NCBI GenBank assembly: GCA_963422365.1
Contig: OY729426.1
Coordinates: forward strand, 2,240,001 to 2,304,000
DNA length: 64,000 nt
DNA from: Nitrospirales bacterium
Lineage (GTDB): Bacteria > Nitrospirota > Nitrospiria > Nitrospirales > UBA8639
Direction of reading: 5' to 3'
Positions 50,651 through 62,115 of the stretch are shown here, one piece after another. Position numbers and translations under genes: made by a program. The notes beneath the pieces were generated by a model, which was not told where the DNA came from, made no database searches, and was given only the letters and a program-made list of their open reading frames with translations. The first letter of the stretch is position 1. Every line of letters starts with the position of its first letter.

Positions 50651-51130
50651 TTAACTGCCTTCTTCGTGAATTTGTTCGCTCAAGTAATTTTCCAATCCGA
50701 CCTGCTTGATGGTTTCCAACTGCGTTTCGATCCAGTCAATATGTTCTTCTTCATCTTTGACCATATCTTCCAGCAGGTGGCGTGTCGTAAAATCACCGAC
50801 CTTTACACAATGCTGGATTCCTTCGCTGAGCATCTTGACCATGGACTTTTCCTTGTCCAAATCCGCTTTCAATTGTTCCAGCACGGTTTCTCCGATTTTG
50901 ACCGTTCCGAGCCGCTGCATGTTGGGAAGGCCATCCAGATAAAGAATATGATCGATCACATGTTTCGCATCTTTCATTTCTCCATAGCTTCGATCCAACA
51001 CATGATGATGCAAACGCTCATAGCCCCAGTTTTTGCACATTTTAGCGTGCAAAAAATATTGATTGATGACCGTCAATTCTTCGGTCAACAGATTATTGAG
51101 AAGATCAATTACTCCTGGTTTGGCTTCCAT
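50651..51130 (-). CDS. bfr: bacterioferritin
   Basis: EL..INQYFLH, WG, EM52K, LDGLPN.Q, DEEEHIDW.ETQL, GLENYL. Confidence 0.95.
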   Translation of the reverse strand: MEAKPGVIDLLNNLLTEELTVINQYFLHAKMCKNWGYERLHHHVLDRSYGEMKDAKHVIDHILYLDGLPNMQRLGTVKIGETVLEQLKADLDKEKSMVKMLSEGIQHCVKVGDFTTRHLLEDMVKDEEEHIDWIETQLETIKQVGLENYLSEQIHEEGS

Positions 51131-51232
51131 ACCATTCTCCTTTCTTTGAGTCCAGGCTGGATTTTCTTATTTCTGTCTTCTCTCATCCTGGAGTTACGAA
51201 ATTTTGTTCAGTTCAATCATGATCTTTCTTCC

Positions 51233-51261
51233 AGATTACCCCCCGTTTTCGAAAATGTCAA
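51233..51261 (-). promoter_or_regulatory. putative bfr promoter (TTGACA-N17-TAATCT)
   Basis: Minus-strand TTGACA 51261-51256 and TAATCT 51238-51233. Confidence 0.55.
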
Positions 51262-51275
51262 TAAAAAATATTAGG

Positions 51276-51290
51276 TGTTATTACATAACA
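51276..51290. promoter_or_regulatory. palindrome TGTTAT-TAC-ATAACA, candidate Fur-family (Zur-like) operator
   Basis: Perfect 6-3-6 inverted repeat in the divergent bfr/YyaL intergenic region. Confidence 0.5.
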
Positions 51291-51422
51291 ATAATTCTCT
51301 TTCTCAAAGTCGCTGATTCGGATTCTCAACTTCTTGCTAGGTACAGAAAAAGCCTTTTTACGAGCAAGGATCGAAGTGCCTCAAGTTGACCCATATTTTT
51401 GCCCGGTGCTACTGTAGATTCC

Positions 51423-54400
51423 ATGGCTGATCCACACCCCACTCGGTCTCCGAACCGTCTCATTCACGAGACAAGCCCCTACTTGCTTCAGCACGCCTAC
51501 AATCCCGTGGATTGGTATCCCTGGGGACAAGAAGCTCTTTACCTCGCGAAGGAAAAGGATAAGCCCCTTCTCTTGTCTATTGGTTATTCCGCTTGTCATT
51601 GGTGCCATGTCATGGAGCGAGAATCGTTTGAGAATGACGAGATTGCCACATTAATGAATCACTCCTATGTCTGCATCAAGGTTGACCGTGAAGAACGTCC
51701 GGATCTCGATGAAATTTATATGCAAGCCACCATCGCCATGAATCAGGGGAACGGCGGCTGGCCCATGACGGTCTTTCTGACACCCGACCAACAACCTATC
51801 TTTGCCGGCACATACTTTCCTCCGATTGATAAATGGGGCAGGCTTGGCTTTGGAACGGTTCTCAAAAAGATTGCGGAAGGATGGGAACACGATCGTGCGG
51901 CCATTGTCGAAAGCGCAACTCGTTTTACCGCTCGGCTTCAAACATCCATGCGCGTTCCTGCTCCCACGACGGTGGGACAGCAGGATATTGACTCTGCGAT
52001 AGAGCAATTTTCAGCAGACTTTGACCCGATCTATGGTGGTTTTGGTCAAGCCCCTAAATTCCCACCGGCCACCGGACTGGCTTTTCTCCTTCGGCAATAC
52101 CAACGAACGAAGACGGAACACGTCATTCACATGGTCAGTAAAACATTAGATGCCATGGCCGCTGGCGGCCTGTATGACCATATCGGAGGAGGGTTTGCTC
52201 GATATTCGACGGATGAACGCTGGTTGGTTCCCCACTTTGAAAAAATGCTCTACGACAATGCGTTACTCGCGAAAACGTATCTTGAAGCGTTCCAAGTAAC
52301 CGGCAATCTCAATTACAGGCGGGTGACCTGCGAAATTTTGGATTACATCATTCGAGAAATGACTTCACCTGAAGGCGGCTATTATTCTGCCACCGATGCA
52401 GACTCAGAGGGCGTCGAAGGAAAATTTTTCGTGTGGGATCCGGAACACATTCGGGAAGTCGTCCCATCAGAGCAAGACGCGATCCGGTTTTGCCTATATT
52501 ACGACATTACGTCGGACGGGAATTGGGAACACCATAGCATTCCCAATACTCCGCACCCTCTTGAACAAGTGGCCGAGAAACTCACCTGTTCCCCTGAAGA
52601 ACTTCGACAGACGATTGACCGGGTGAAACCACTCGTCTATCACGCACGGCTGAACCGCGTGCGTCCAGGGTTAGATGACAAAATCATCACGGCCTGGAAC
52701 GGAATGATGATTAGCGCAATGGCCGAGGCCGCACGAGTCTTGAGGCACGACCTTTATTTGGAATCCGCCTGCCGTGCTGCTGATTTTCTGCTCAGCGCAC
52801 TCTCCCGTCCCGATGAAGGCCTGTACCGCACCTATCGTGCCAACAAAGCCCATCTCAATGCGTATCTAGAGGATTATGCCTGTTTTGCAGAAGCCCTCAT
52901 CGATATCTATGAAGCCGGAGGGGAGGAGCGATATCTCAGAGAGGCCATTCGATTAGGCGAACGACTCTTGACCGATTTTCTTGATAAGAACCAAGGCGGA
53001 TTTTTTACAACGGCCAACGATCACGAAGTGCTCATCTTGCGAAGTCGCGAAGGATCTGACGGCGCCACTCCAAGCGGTAACGCCGTGGCGGCCATGGCCT
53101 TGGCTCGACTCTCCTTTCACCAGGACCGTGAAGATTTTCGAGATGCCGCGATGCAAGCCATTCTGGCTTATGGACAACAGATCCATCGCGTGCCAAAGGG
53201 GTTTACCAAGACGGTCATGGCAGCGGACTTCCTGTTGAATGGTCCTTTGGAATTGGCATTCGTTGGATCACCAACCGACCCGGGGTATGACCAGTTGCTT
53301 CAGGAAGTTGCCCATCATTTTGTTCCCCATCGCATGATCGCACACGGCAACCCCAATGTTCTTGAGTCTCAACATCCACTGCTGCGAGGCAAGCATCTTG
53401 TCAAGGGACAAGCCGCCTTATATGTGTGTCGAAACTTTACCTGTCAAACTCCTCTCACAAATCCAAAAGACATCGCGCTGGTTTTAACCAAGACGACTCA
53501 AGGGAGTCAGGGTTCGACATCGCTCACACTGACCGCTCCCAGCATCCCAGGAATGGCAACCGCTAAGGGCACCGCCGCCTATGTGTCTCGGATCTTGACG
53601 CATTCTTCCGCCTCCAGACCCACGGCCCATGGCTATACCACATTAGGGTCCACAGGACTCACCAACTCGAGGATTGGGTTCGGTGGCTACAGAACTGATG
53701 TTGACCAGAAGGACCATCAGGCCGCACTCATGAAAGCCATCCGAGAAGGCTGCAATCTCATTGATACCTCGACAAACTATGCGGATGGCGGCAGCGAACG
53801 CCTGGTGGGGAGCGTACTCAAAGAGTTACTTTCCCAAAAAGAAGTGACTCGCGATAACATGATCGTGGTCTCTAAACTCGGCTATGTCCAAGGAAGAAAT
53901 TTACAACAAGCTCAAACCAGGGAACAAGCTGGCCGCGCCTATCCCGAAATGGTCAAATATGGGAAAGAGATCTGGCATTGCCTCCACCCCGAGTTTCTCG
54001 ATGATCAACTGACGGGCTCCCTCGATCGTCTTGGACTCGCCACGCTGGATGTCTGCCTCTTGCACAACCCTGAATATTTTCTCTCCGACGCAAAACAACG
54101 AACACTCATCGTTGATACCGACACCTTAGTCGAACTGCGCACTGAATTTTATCGACGCCTTCAGCAGGCTTTTGTGTATTTTGAGCACCAAATCGATTCA
54201 GGTCGCATTCAATTTTACGGTGTCTCTTCCAACACGAGTACAGCCCTCCCCGACGATCCTGAAGCGACCTCGCTGTCGCGCATGATCGAAGCTGCCCAGC
54301 GGGCGGCACAGCAGACCGCCAAGCCTCACCATGGTTTTCGAGTGCTTCAATTGCCTATGAATCTTTTTGAATCAGGAGCCCTGCTGACCCCGAATACCGG

Positions 54401-55130
54401 ACAGGACCAAGAGCATACCGTGCTGAAGTTCGCACAAGAACATCACATTGCCATACTTGTGAATAGGCCACTCAATGCCGTGCCCGTTCAACACCGAGGG
54501 ATGCTACGACTGGCCGACCCCCGATATGAACCGGTGGAAACACCCTTTGAGACGCAACATCAGACTGTCGTGGCATCGGAAGAAGCGTTTCGGAAAGAAT
54601 TTGCTCCCCTTATCCCATATGCAGGGAAAGGACTAGAACCTAAAGATTTTTTTTCCTTGGCGGGCGAACTCAGGCACCTGCGATCCCAAATTCACAACCT
54701 CGAGCATTGGGATCAGATCGAATCACAGATGCTTGTACCACATCTCAATCAAGCCCTTCAGGTAGCTACCAAACATCTAAACCCGGAAAGAGCAACAGCC
54801 TGGCAAAATTGGCAAGCCCAGTACATCCCCAACCTGCATAGGTTATTCAAAATCGTGAGACAAGAAGCTGCACAAAAGAGTCAGGAACAACTTCAATCGA
54901 TCACCGCAACGCTGGATCGATTCCTTCCAGAAGATAAACGCAAAGAACCGCTATCACGAAAGGCGCTGTGGAGTTTGACCAGCACACTCGGTGTCACCTG
55001 CGTCCTGAACGGTATCCGTAAATCCGATTACGTTGAAGATTCTTTAACACTCCTTAAATGGAAAGCCTTGCGAAACCCTCAAGAAATTTTCGAGAGCATG
55101 CAATCACAGTCGACTACGGCCAACCGATGA
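51423..55130 (+). CDS. YyaL/SPATA20-type thioredoxin-domain protein fused to an aldo/keto reductase
   Basis: [36 protein letters not shown]; then GFGGYR, IDTSTNY, VSKLGY, LLHNPE. Confidence 0.9.
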   Translation: MADPHPTRSPNRLIHETSPYLLQHAYNPVDWYPWGQEALYLAKEKDKPLLLSIGYSACHWCHVMERESFENDEIATLMNHSYVCIKVDREERPDLDEIYMQATIAMNQGNGGWPMTVFLTPDQQPIFAGTYFPPIDKWGRLGFGTVLKKIAEGWEHDRAAIVESATRFTARLQTSMRVPAPTTVGQQDIDSAIEQFSADFDPIYGGFGQAPKFPPATGLAFLLRQYQRTKTEHVIHMVSKTLDAMAAGGLYDHIGGGFARYSTDERWLVPHFEKMLYDNALLAKTYLEAFQVTGNLNYRRVTCEILDYIIREMTSPEGGYYSATDADSEGVEGKFFVWDPEHIREVVPSEQDAIRFCLYYDITSDGNWEHHSIPNTPHPLEQVAEKLTCSPEELRQTIDRVKPLVYHARLNRVRPGLDDKIITAWNGMMISAMAEAARVLRHDLYLESACRAADFLLSALSRPDEGLYRTYRANKAHLNAYLEDYACFAEALIDIYEAGGEERYLREAIRLGERLLTDFLDKNQGGFFTTANDHEVLILRSREGSDGATPSGNAVAAMALARLSFHQDREDFRDAAMQAILAYGQQIHRVPKGFTKTVMAADFLLNGPLELAFVGSPTDPGYDQLLQEVAHHFVPHRMIAHGNPNVLESQHPLLRGKHLVKGQAALYVCRNFTCQTPLTNPKDIALVLTKTTQGSQGSTSLTLTAPSIPGMATAKGTAAYVSRILTHSSASRPTAHGYTTLGSTGLTNSRIGFGGYRTDVDQKDHQAALMKAIREGCNLIDTSTNYADGGSERLVGSVLKELLSQKEVTRDNMIVVSKLGYVQGRNLQQAQTREQAGRAYPEMVKYGKEIWHCLHPEFLDDQLTGSLDRLGLATLDVCLLHNPEYFLSDAKQRTLIVDTDTLVELRTEFYRRLQQAFVYFEHQIDSGRIQFYGVSSNTSTALPDDPEATSLSRMIEAAQRAAQQTAKPHHGFRVLQLPMNLFESGALLTPNTGQDQEHTVLKFAQEHHIAILVNRPLNAVPVQHRGMLRLADPRYEPVETPFETQHQTVVASEEAFRKEFAPLIPYAGKGLEPKDFFSLAGELRHLRSQIHNLEHWDQIESQMLVPHLNQALQVATKHLNPERATAWQNWQAQYIPNLHRLFKIVRQEAAQKSQEQLQSITATLDRFLPEDKRKEPLSRKALWSLTSTLGVTCVLNGIRKSDYVEDSLTLLKWKALRNPQEIFESMQSQSTTANR

Positions 55131-55161
55131 CGTCCCATAGTCGATACTTCCATCCAACCCG

Positions 55162-57708
55162 TTACACATTTCGCCCCCAGATTTTCCAAAAACGAGACAC
55201 ATTTTCCCATTCGTGTCCTAGTGAATAGTTACACAACTCGAGAGGCATGGGACGACGATCTTTCGTGCGCTGAATCTGGCTGTCCCCGGAATCCAGCTTC
55301 ACGGAAAGCACAATCGCGCCGTCAGCATCTGTTCGGTAAATTTTCATGTGATTGTGTTCGTAAGCCTGCAAAACGGCTTGGGCTGGATGTCCGTAACGAT
55401 TACCTCGACCAGCAGAAACGACCGCGGTTTCTGCATTGAGCCGTTGAATCCACCATCGATTCAGTGAACTCTTCGCTCCATGATGTGGAATTTTGACAAC
55501 AGTCGCCGCCCTCACCAGTGGATGGTGAATGAACCTCGTCAGGGCTTCAATTTCCGAATCAGCCGTCAGCAAAATCGAGTGCTTCCCACACGTTAAACTG
55601 AGAACCACGGAAAGATTATTCAGTTTGGCTCCCCGAAGGTCGAGAAATGGTCCGGTAGGATCGTTTTCCGCTAATGGTGGGTTCAGAGATATGAGTCGAC
55701 AGGGTCCTTCCTTGATAATTTCTTCTCCTTCCCAGGCAATACGTTCAACAAGTCCCTTCTCCTCAAGCACATCCTGGAGTCGCTGGTAAAAAGACGCCGT
55801 TCGTTGAACCCCATTACTCCAGTAATGACCAATCTCAAAGTTTTTGATGATCCAGGAAAGTCCTCCCACATGATCCAATTGTGGATGAGTCGCAATCACG
55901 TGAGTAATGCGTCGAATGCCTTGATCCCACAAATATGGTCCCACCACCATTCGTCCCATATCCCAACGTTCATAGGCAGTTCCACCGTCAACCAGAATCG
56001 TTTCACCATCAGGAAGTTCAAGCACCGTGGCATCACCTTGACCAACGTCCAGAAACGTCACACGCAACGCGTCATCCTCAAACATGTGTCGTGGCGACCA
56101 CACCCACCACAACAGACAAAAAATCAGCGCACTCACGCTCATGACTCGCAATAGAATTTTCTGACTGAACAACACGACCATGAGACAAAGATAAAATCCT
56201 GCCATGGTAAGTATTGATGGTGATGCAACATGCCATCTGGCACCGGGAATCGTCGCGATCATCCTGACGACAGACGTCAGGCCGTTTAGGATTTCCTGAT
56301 GAACCCAGCTAACAGGCAATTGGTCGAGCCCCCCAAGCAATACGAGAATCGACGCACCGAGCCCTAATGGTACAACCAGTAAGCCAACCAAGGGCACGAC
56401 GAACGCATTGGCAAAAATTCCCAACCAGGCCACTTGGTTAAAATAGTACGCAACGAGTGGAATCGTCCCCACAGTGGCTGCGAGGGTCATCACCATGTAC
56501 TGCTTTCCCCAATTCTTTACTTTGACCATTACGGCTTGAGGCACTTCATCCTCTTCGTCGTCACGTTTACTCCATCGAAACGCCAAAGCCATGGCGAAGA
56601 CGGAAATATACGAGAGTTGAAATGAAAGATCGTAAATCGCCGTCGGGGCAGACAGGGTTGTGACCAACGCGGCTATCCCCAACGCAATGACAATCTGTCG
56701 TTCGTGACCTATCCAAACCGCGAAGAGATATAAGAGGATCATCAGCAATGACCGAACTGTCGCTACATGGGCTCCCGATAGCAGCGTATAAAAAATGACC
56801 ATGGGGATGGTGACCAATACAGCAAGTTGTTTGGGCATCAGGACGCAAGAAAGTTTCTCTAACCATCGAGCCGGCATGCGGCGAGTCATCCCTCTCACGC
56901 CAAAAAACGAGACAAAGGCCAACAACCCCAAATGCGAACCTGAGATGGAAATAATATGGACGGTCCCCGTCGTCATAAAATCGTCACGGACGTTCAGAGG
57001 AATATCATTTTGTTCTCCAACAATCATTCCCAAAAATAAGCCACGGGCCGGCTGCGGGAGCGTTGAGATGACGGCTTGGCGAACTTGATTTCTCCAGCGG
57101 TCAATCTGCAACCACCCCTGTGCTCTGATGTCGAAGATGCCTGGAGGTTGAACCTGTATCCGATTAGGACCCCTTATCATCGCTACCGCATGAATCCCAC
57201 GATCCCGGAGGTACGCACCATAATCAAATCCGCCGGGGTTACGCGTGCCAAAGGGTGGGCGCACTCGAGTACGGACGGTAATTACGTTCCCTCGAAACAC
57301 ATCCACATCCGGTTCACGCCAAGTTAAGCGAAGATTCCCACGAACTCGACGTCTCGTTTCATCCTTCCCAACGGAGTGCACGGCCACGACCATTGTCACT
57401 CGACCGGGACTGTGTTCAACCGGCGTCATCACAACACCAGAGAACGTCACGTCTTGTTGACCGGCTTGGGATAGCAGATCAATGCCATGATTCGTTCCCT
57501 CTTCAAGCAACCAATATCCCATGCCGAACAGAACACAGGCATACAAAATAAGTCCCTGCTTCCTGGAAAAAAGCGCCTGGCCTTCATACCAGGACAACGC
57601 TCCAGCTATGAAGGCCAAGAGGACTACGATGGTGAGAGGAAGAAATAAAAGATAGGACCCAAGAAGGAGCCCGACAAGAAAGGCCGCGATGCTGAACAGA
57701 AATCCCAA
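55162..57708 (-). CDS. comEC: DNA internalization competence protein ComEC/Rec2
   Basis: NPGGFDY, HIISISGSH, FQLSY, FLDVGQGD, THPQLDHVGG, PHHG, NRYGHP. Confidence 0.95.
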   Translation of the reverse strand: MGFLFSIAAFLVGLLLGSYLLFLPLTIVVLLAFIAGALSWYEGQALFSRKQGLILYACVLFGMGYWLLEEGTNHGIDLLSQAGQQDVTFSGVVMTPVEHSPGRVTMVVAVHSVGKDETRRRVRGNLRLTWREPDVDVFRGNVITVRTRVRPPFGTRNPGGFDYGAYLRDRGIHAVAMIRGPNRIQVQPPGIFDIRAQGWLQIDRWRNQVRQAVISTLPQPARGLFLGMIVGEQNDIPLNVRDDFMTTGTVHIISISGSHLGLLAFVSFFGVRGMTRRMPARWLEKLSCVLMPKQLAVLVTIPMVIFYTLLSGAHVATVRSLLMILLYLFAVWIGHERQIVIALGIAALVTTLSAPTAIYDLSFQLSYISVFAMALAFRWSKRDDEEDEVPQAVMVKVKNWGKQYMVMTLAATVGTIPLVAYYFNQVAWLGIFANAFVVPLVGLLVVPLGLGASILVLLGGLDQLPVSWVHQEILNGLTSVVRMIATIPGARWHVASPSILTMAGFYLCLMVVLFSQKILLRVMSVSALIFCLLWWVWSPRHMFEDDALRVTFLDVGQGDATVLELPDGETILVDGGTAYERWDMGRMVVGPYLWDQGIRRITHVIATHPQLDHVGGLSWIIKNFEIGHYWSNGVQRTASFYQRLQDVLEEKGLVERIAWEGEEIIKEGPCRLISLNPPLAENDPTGPFLDLRGAKLNNLSVVLSLTCGKHSILLTADSEIEALTRFIHHPLVRAATVVKIPHHGAKSSLNRWWIQRLNAETAVVSAGRGNRYGHPAQAVLQAYEHNHMKIYRTDADGAIVLSVKLDSGDSQIQRTKDRRPMPLELCNYSLGHEWENVSRFWKIWGRNV

Positions 57709-57734
57709 GGAAAAGAAATCAGTCGTCTTGCAAA

Positions 57735-59084
57735 TTATCCAATTGTGGCCTTGACCACCCCAGCTAATTCATCCGCAACTTCTCTGATTGTCGAATCATC
57801 TTGTCCCTCAACCATAACCCGAACCAAAGGCTCGGTTCCAGAATACCGAATCAGTATACGTCCTGTCCCATTCAGCCGTTCTTCGCCTGAACGAATCGCT
57901 TGCTGTAATTCGGGAACAGATCCGAAATCAGGTTTTCGCTTCACCTTGACACCCAACAATACTTGAGGGACGGTGTCTATCCATTTGGTTAGTTCAGAGA
58001 GAGGAGAACCGGACTGCTTGACTAATTTGAGCATTTGCAGACCGGAAACCAGCCCATCGCCGGTTGTACTATAGTCAAGAAACAGGATGTGGCCCGATTG
58101 TTCTCCCCCAAGGTTATAGCTATCAGCTAACATACGCTCGAGGAGATACCGATCTCCAACAGGGGTTCGGACCAGATTGATCCCTGTTTTTTGCATAGCC
58201 AATTCAAACCCGAAATTACTCATGACGGTTCCGACAACGGTATTGCGGTTGAGTCTACCGCGTCGCTGCCGATCCAATGCAAAGGCTGCCAAGGCTTGGT
58301 CTCCGCTCACCACCTCGCCCTGTTCCGTCACAAACACGGCACGATCGGCATCCCCATCTAACGCAATGCCGATATCACCCCGCTGTGCGCAAACGGCCTC
58401 TTGTAATCGCTCTGGGCACAGGGCTCCATACCCTGCATTAATGTTCATGCCATCCGGTTCATCACCAATCACAGAAACTTTCGCACCTAGTTCTCGTACC
58501 ACTTTGGGAAAAACCGAATACCCGGCACCATGCGCGCAGTCGATAACCACCTTCATTCCCTGAAAATCAATCTCGCGCGGCAAAGACCGTTTCACGAATT
58601 CGATATAGCGACCCTCAGCATCATCGATGCGAAACGCCTTTCCGATTTCATCCGCCGTGGGACGAAGATGCTCGATCTCGTTTGACAGGACCACTTCTTC
58701 GATGCGCAATTCTACTTCATCAGAAAGTTTGAAGCCGTCATGTGAAAAAAACTTGATCCCATTATCTTGGTACGGATTGTGGGAGGCCGAAAGCATCACT
58801 CCGGCATCGGCTCGCAGGCTGCGAGTTAAAAACGCGACACCCGGCGAAGGCATCGGTCCTACCAGCAGAACATCAACCCCCATGGAACAAATACCGGAGA
58901 TCAACGCTGATTCCAACATATAGCCGGAAAGACGGGTATCTTTACCAATCACGATTTGATGATGCCCTGCTCGGCCCTTGAACACGTATGCCACGGCTCT
59001 TCCTAGCTTCAGCACCGTTTCACTATTCATAGGCTCTAAATTGGCAATGCCTCTCACTCCATCGGTTCCAAATAACTTCCGCAT
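57735..59084 (-). CDS. glmM: phosphoglucosamine mutase
   Basis: FGTDGVRG, SASHNP, DGDADR, GGEQSGH, RYSGTEP; SD AAGGAGG. Confidence 0.97.
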   Translation of the reverse strand: MRKLFGTDGVRGIANLEPMNSETVLKLGRAVAYVFKGRAGHHQIVIGKDTRLSGYMLESALISGICSMGVDVLLVGPMPSPGVAFLTRSLRADAGVMLSASHNPYQDNGIKFFSHDGFKLSDEVELRIEEVVLSNEIEHLRPTADEIGKAFRIDDAEGRYIEFVKRSLPREIDFQGMKVVIDCAHGAGYSVFPKVVRELGAKVSVIGDEPDGMNINAGYGALCPERLQEAVCAQRGDIGIALDGDADRAVFVTEQGEVVSGDQALAAFALDRQRRGRLNRNTVVGTVMSNFGFELAMQKTGINLVRTPVGDRYLLERMLADSYNLGGEQSGHILFLDYSTTGDGLVSGLQMLKLVKQSGSPLSELTKWIDTVPQVLLGVKVKRKPDFGSVPELQQAIRSGEERLNGTGRILIRYSGTEPLVRVMVEGQDDSTIREVADELAGVVKATIG

Positions 59085-59109
59085 ATTCCTCCTTGCACGT
59101 TGCCTCCCT

Positions 59110-59961
59110 TTAGGCCCGGGCAATGGCTTCGGACATTCGTATCACTTCACGCATCGCCCCGACATCATGAACACGAACCATCTTTACCCCACTCAAGACC
59201 GCAGCCGTCACGGCTGCAGCAGTCCCCATGATACGCTTTTTGACAGGTGTATCAGTTACCGTTCCGATAAAGGACTTATTCGACACACCGACTAAGAGAG
59301 GACGACCTAACTGCTGAAATGAGCTGAGCCCTTTCAGAAGCGATAAATTTTGTTGTGCATTTTTTGCAAACCCGATTCCCGGATCGATGAGAATTTGCTC
59401 ACGGGCGATTCCGATTTCCTCTGCGTATTTCATACGAGTTCCTAAATAATCCCTTACTTCCTCGACGACATTGTCGTATTGGCAGTACTGCTCCATAGTT
59501 TGGGGCATGCCTCGTTTATGCATCAGGACAAGCCCTGCCCTGGTTCGCGCAATCACGTGACCCATTGGGGGATCGTGTTCCAACGCGCTGATATCGTTGA
59601 TGATCACGGCGCCCCAGCCAATCGCTCGTTCAGCGACTCCAGCCTTGTGGGTATCCACCGATAAAGGAACCGTCGCACATTTTCCGATGACCTCAAGCAC
59701 TGGTTTTAACCGACGGATTTCCTCCCGTTCATCAATCGCCTTTGAACCTGGTCGTGTCGATTCAGCACCGATATCGATCAGATCAGCCCCTTCACCCACC
59801 ATTCGTTCAAAATGGGCCAAGGCACGTTGAGGGTCAAGAAAGTGACCTCCGTCGGAAAAGGAGTCTGGAGTAATATTTAAGATTCCCATCACCAAAACTT
59901 GATGGGAACAGGGAATCCTAACGTGGCACGCTTGAAGATATGAAGAATTCACCTCATTCAT
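59110..59961 (-). CDS. folP: dihydropteroate synthase
   Basis: MGILNITPDSFSDGG, ESTRPG, DPGIGFAK, S.KSF, VRVHDV. Confidence 0.97.
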   Translation of the reverse strand: MNEVNSSYLQACHVRIPCSHQVLVMGILNITPDSFSDGGHFLDPQRALAHFERMVGEGADLIDIGAESTRPGSKAIDEREEIRRLKPVLEVIGKCATVPLSVDTHKAGVAERAIGWGAVIINDISALEHDPPMGHVIARTRAGLVLMHKRGMPQTMEQYCQYDNVVEEVRDYLGTRMKYAEEIGIAREQILIDPGIGFAKNAQQNLSLLKGLSSFQQLGRPLLVGVSNKSFIGTVTDTPVKKRIMGTAAAVTAAVLSGVKMVRVHDVGAMREVIRMSEAIARA

Positions 59962-60141
59962 AAAGAGCCCTAAAGAGCCCTGCTCTCAAGGCTCCAGTAA
60001 AAACCAAGGTAAAATCACTCACTATGAAAGTTGGAGACTTTCAGAAAACACGTGCCGAGGAAGAAGACGATCAGGTTCCCTACATTCCAAACGTGTTGAA
60101 TCGGCAAGAATGGTGTAAATCAAGGCCTGATCTCGATTTCG

Positions 60142-61959
60142 TTACACTTGCGCTGGCTCTTGAACAATGGTTCCTTGGTTCATAATTTGGTCAATTTCCA
60201 AAGAGTCCAAGACTTCTTTCTCTAGAAGGGCTTCGGCTAAAGCCCGTAGGGTATGAAGATGTTCAGTAAGCATTCGCTTGGTCCGCTCATAGGCTTCCAC
60301 GATCAACCGTTTCACTTCATAATCGATTTCCAGAGCCACTTGATCGCTAAAGTCTCGACGTGTCGCAATTTCTCGGCCTAGGAAAATTTCCTCATCCTTC
60401 TTGCCAAAGGTCAATGGCCCCAATTTGGCACTCATCCCCCATTCACACACCATTTTTCTGGCGAGTTCGGTAGCCCGTTCAATGTCATTCCCCGCACCGG
60501 TGGTGACATTTTTCAAAATAAGTTCTTCGGCCACACGGCCACCCAGTAAAATCGATAGTGTGTTATATAGGAATTCCTGGGAATAACTATGCCGATCATC
60601 AATGGGGAGCTGCATGGTCATGCCCATCGCACGCCCTCTAGGAATAATCGTCACTTTGTGGACAGGATCGGTGCCCGGCAACAATTTAGCCATGAGTGCG
60701 TGTCCGGCCTCATGATACGCCGTGGTGCGCTTTTCCTCTTCACTCAGGACCATACTCTTACGCTCTGCCCCCATCATGACTTTATCTTTAGCATTTTCAA
60801 AATCGATGAGTTCCACCAATTTCTTGTCCAATCGAGCAGCCCAGAGCGCTGCTTCATTGACAAGATTTTCCAAATCGGCTCCTGAAAAACCAGGCGTTCC
60901 CCTGGCAATCTGCTCAAGGTTCACGTCAGAAGCCACGGGGACCTTCTTGGTGTGTACTTTGAGAATTTCTACGCGCCCCCGGACATCAGGACGATTGACC
61001 ACCACTTGTCGATCAAACCGGCCAGGACGCAACAAGGCAGGATCAAGGACATCAGGACGGTTCGTGGCGGCGACAAGAATCACCCCTTCGGTCGTGTCAA
61101 ACCCATCCATCTCCACGAGAAGTTGATTTAAGGTCTGTTCCCGTTCGTCGTGCCCCCCGCCTAACCCCGCGCCGCGCAATCGTCCAACCGCATCAATTTC
61201 ATCAATGAAAATGATACAGGGAGCATGTTTTTTACCTTGCTCAAACAAGTCACGCACTCGAGACGCTCCGACCCCTACGAACATTTCCACAAAATCCGAG
61301 CCACTAATGCTAAAGAACGGAACACCCGCTTCTCCGGCAATGGCTTTCGCTAACAGAGTTTTTCCTGTTCCGGGCGGGCCCACAATCAAGACCCCTTTGG
61401 GAATTCGCCCACCGAGTTTTTGGAATTTTTGTGGATCTTTTAAAAATTCAATAATTTCAACAACTTCTTCCTTTGCCTCCTCCACACCAGCCACATCGGC
61501 AAAGGTCACTCTTTTCTTTTCCTCCGTAAGAAGACGAGCACGACTCTTTCCAAATGAGAGGGCCCGATTTCCGCCGATTTGCATTTGTCGCATCAGGAAA
61601 AACCATAACCCGAGAAACAAGACAAACGGCCCCCAGGTCACGAGAAACGTAATATACCATGGACTTTCATCTGGCGGCTTGGCTTCGATTTGCACTGATT
61701 GCTCTCTGAGGGCCTTCACCAAATCCGGATATTCAACAGTATACGTCCGAATCCGATTTCCATCTTTCAAAATTGCGCTGATATGACTCTCTTTCATGGT
61801 GACTTTGGAAATTTCCCCACGCTCGAGATGGGCCATAAAGTCACTGAAAATAACTTCTTCTTCTGGCAGCTGGGACGGGACGGTGAAAAGGTTGAACAAC
61901 AGGATCATAAACAGTCCAACCACCACCCAAAAAAGCAAATTTTTCACACGAGAATTCAT
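60142..61959 (-). CDS. ftsH: ATP-dependent zinc metalloprotease FtsH
   Basis: Two TM helices, [20 protein letters not shown]. Confidence 0.98.
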   Translation of the reverse strand: MNSRVKNLLFWVVVGLFMILLFNLFTVPSQLPEEEVIFSDFMAHLERGEISKVTMKESHISAILKDGNRIRTYTVEYPDLVKALREQSVQIEAKPPDESPWYITFLVTWGPFVLFLGLWFFLMRQMQIGGNRALSFGKSRARLLTEEKKRVTFADVAGVEEAKEEVVEIIEFLKDPQKFQKLGGRIPKGVLIVGPPGTGKTLLAKAIAGEAGVPFFSISGSDFVEMFVGVGASRVRDLFEQGKKHAPCIIFIDEIDAVGRLRGAGLGGGHDEREQTLNQLLVEMDGFDTTEGVILVAATNRPDVLDPALLRPGRFDRQVVVNRPDVRGRVEILKVHTKKVPVASDVNLEQIARGTPGFSGADLENLVNEAALWAARLDKKLVELIDFENAKDKVMMGAERKSMVLSEEEKRTTAYHEAGHALMAKLLPGTDPVHKVTIIPRGRAMGMTMQLPIDDRHSYSQEFLYNTLSILLGGRVAEELILKNVTTGAGNDIERATELARKMVCEWGMSAKLGPLTFGKKDEEIFLGREIATRRDFSDQVALEIDYEVKRLIVEAYERTKRMLTEHLHTLRALAEALLEKEVLDSLEIDQIMNQGTIVQEPAQV

Positions 61960-62115
61960 GAAAATGCGTTCCTTCTCTCTCTGAAATTTTCTGAGACGAA
62001 ACAAGACCAGTTCAGGGAAGTTTAGAAATAGTACCATGGGGATACAGCATCTGCAACCGGCTCCCCTTTGCATAACCCCACTAACCGTGCCTTGCGATCT
62101 TGAACGTGGTTGTCC

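Noticed and set aside
50666..51274. 202-aa antisense ORF over bfr (and similar long antisense ORFs over uppS, floA and ftsH)
   Set aside because: They overlap well-supported genes on the opposite strand and lack protein-like motifs.
59961..59980. TAAAGAGCCC direct repeat (two copies) before folP
   Set aside because: Only two copies; probably a small local duplication with no supportable function.
61960..62115. No hpt between tilS and ftsH and no cdaA between folP and glmM
   Set aside because: Gene order varies widely in this region and I see no remnants; not informative from one window.
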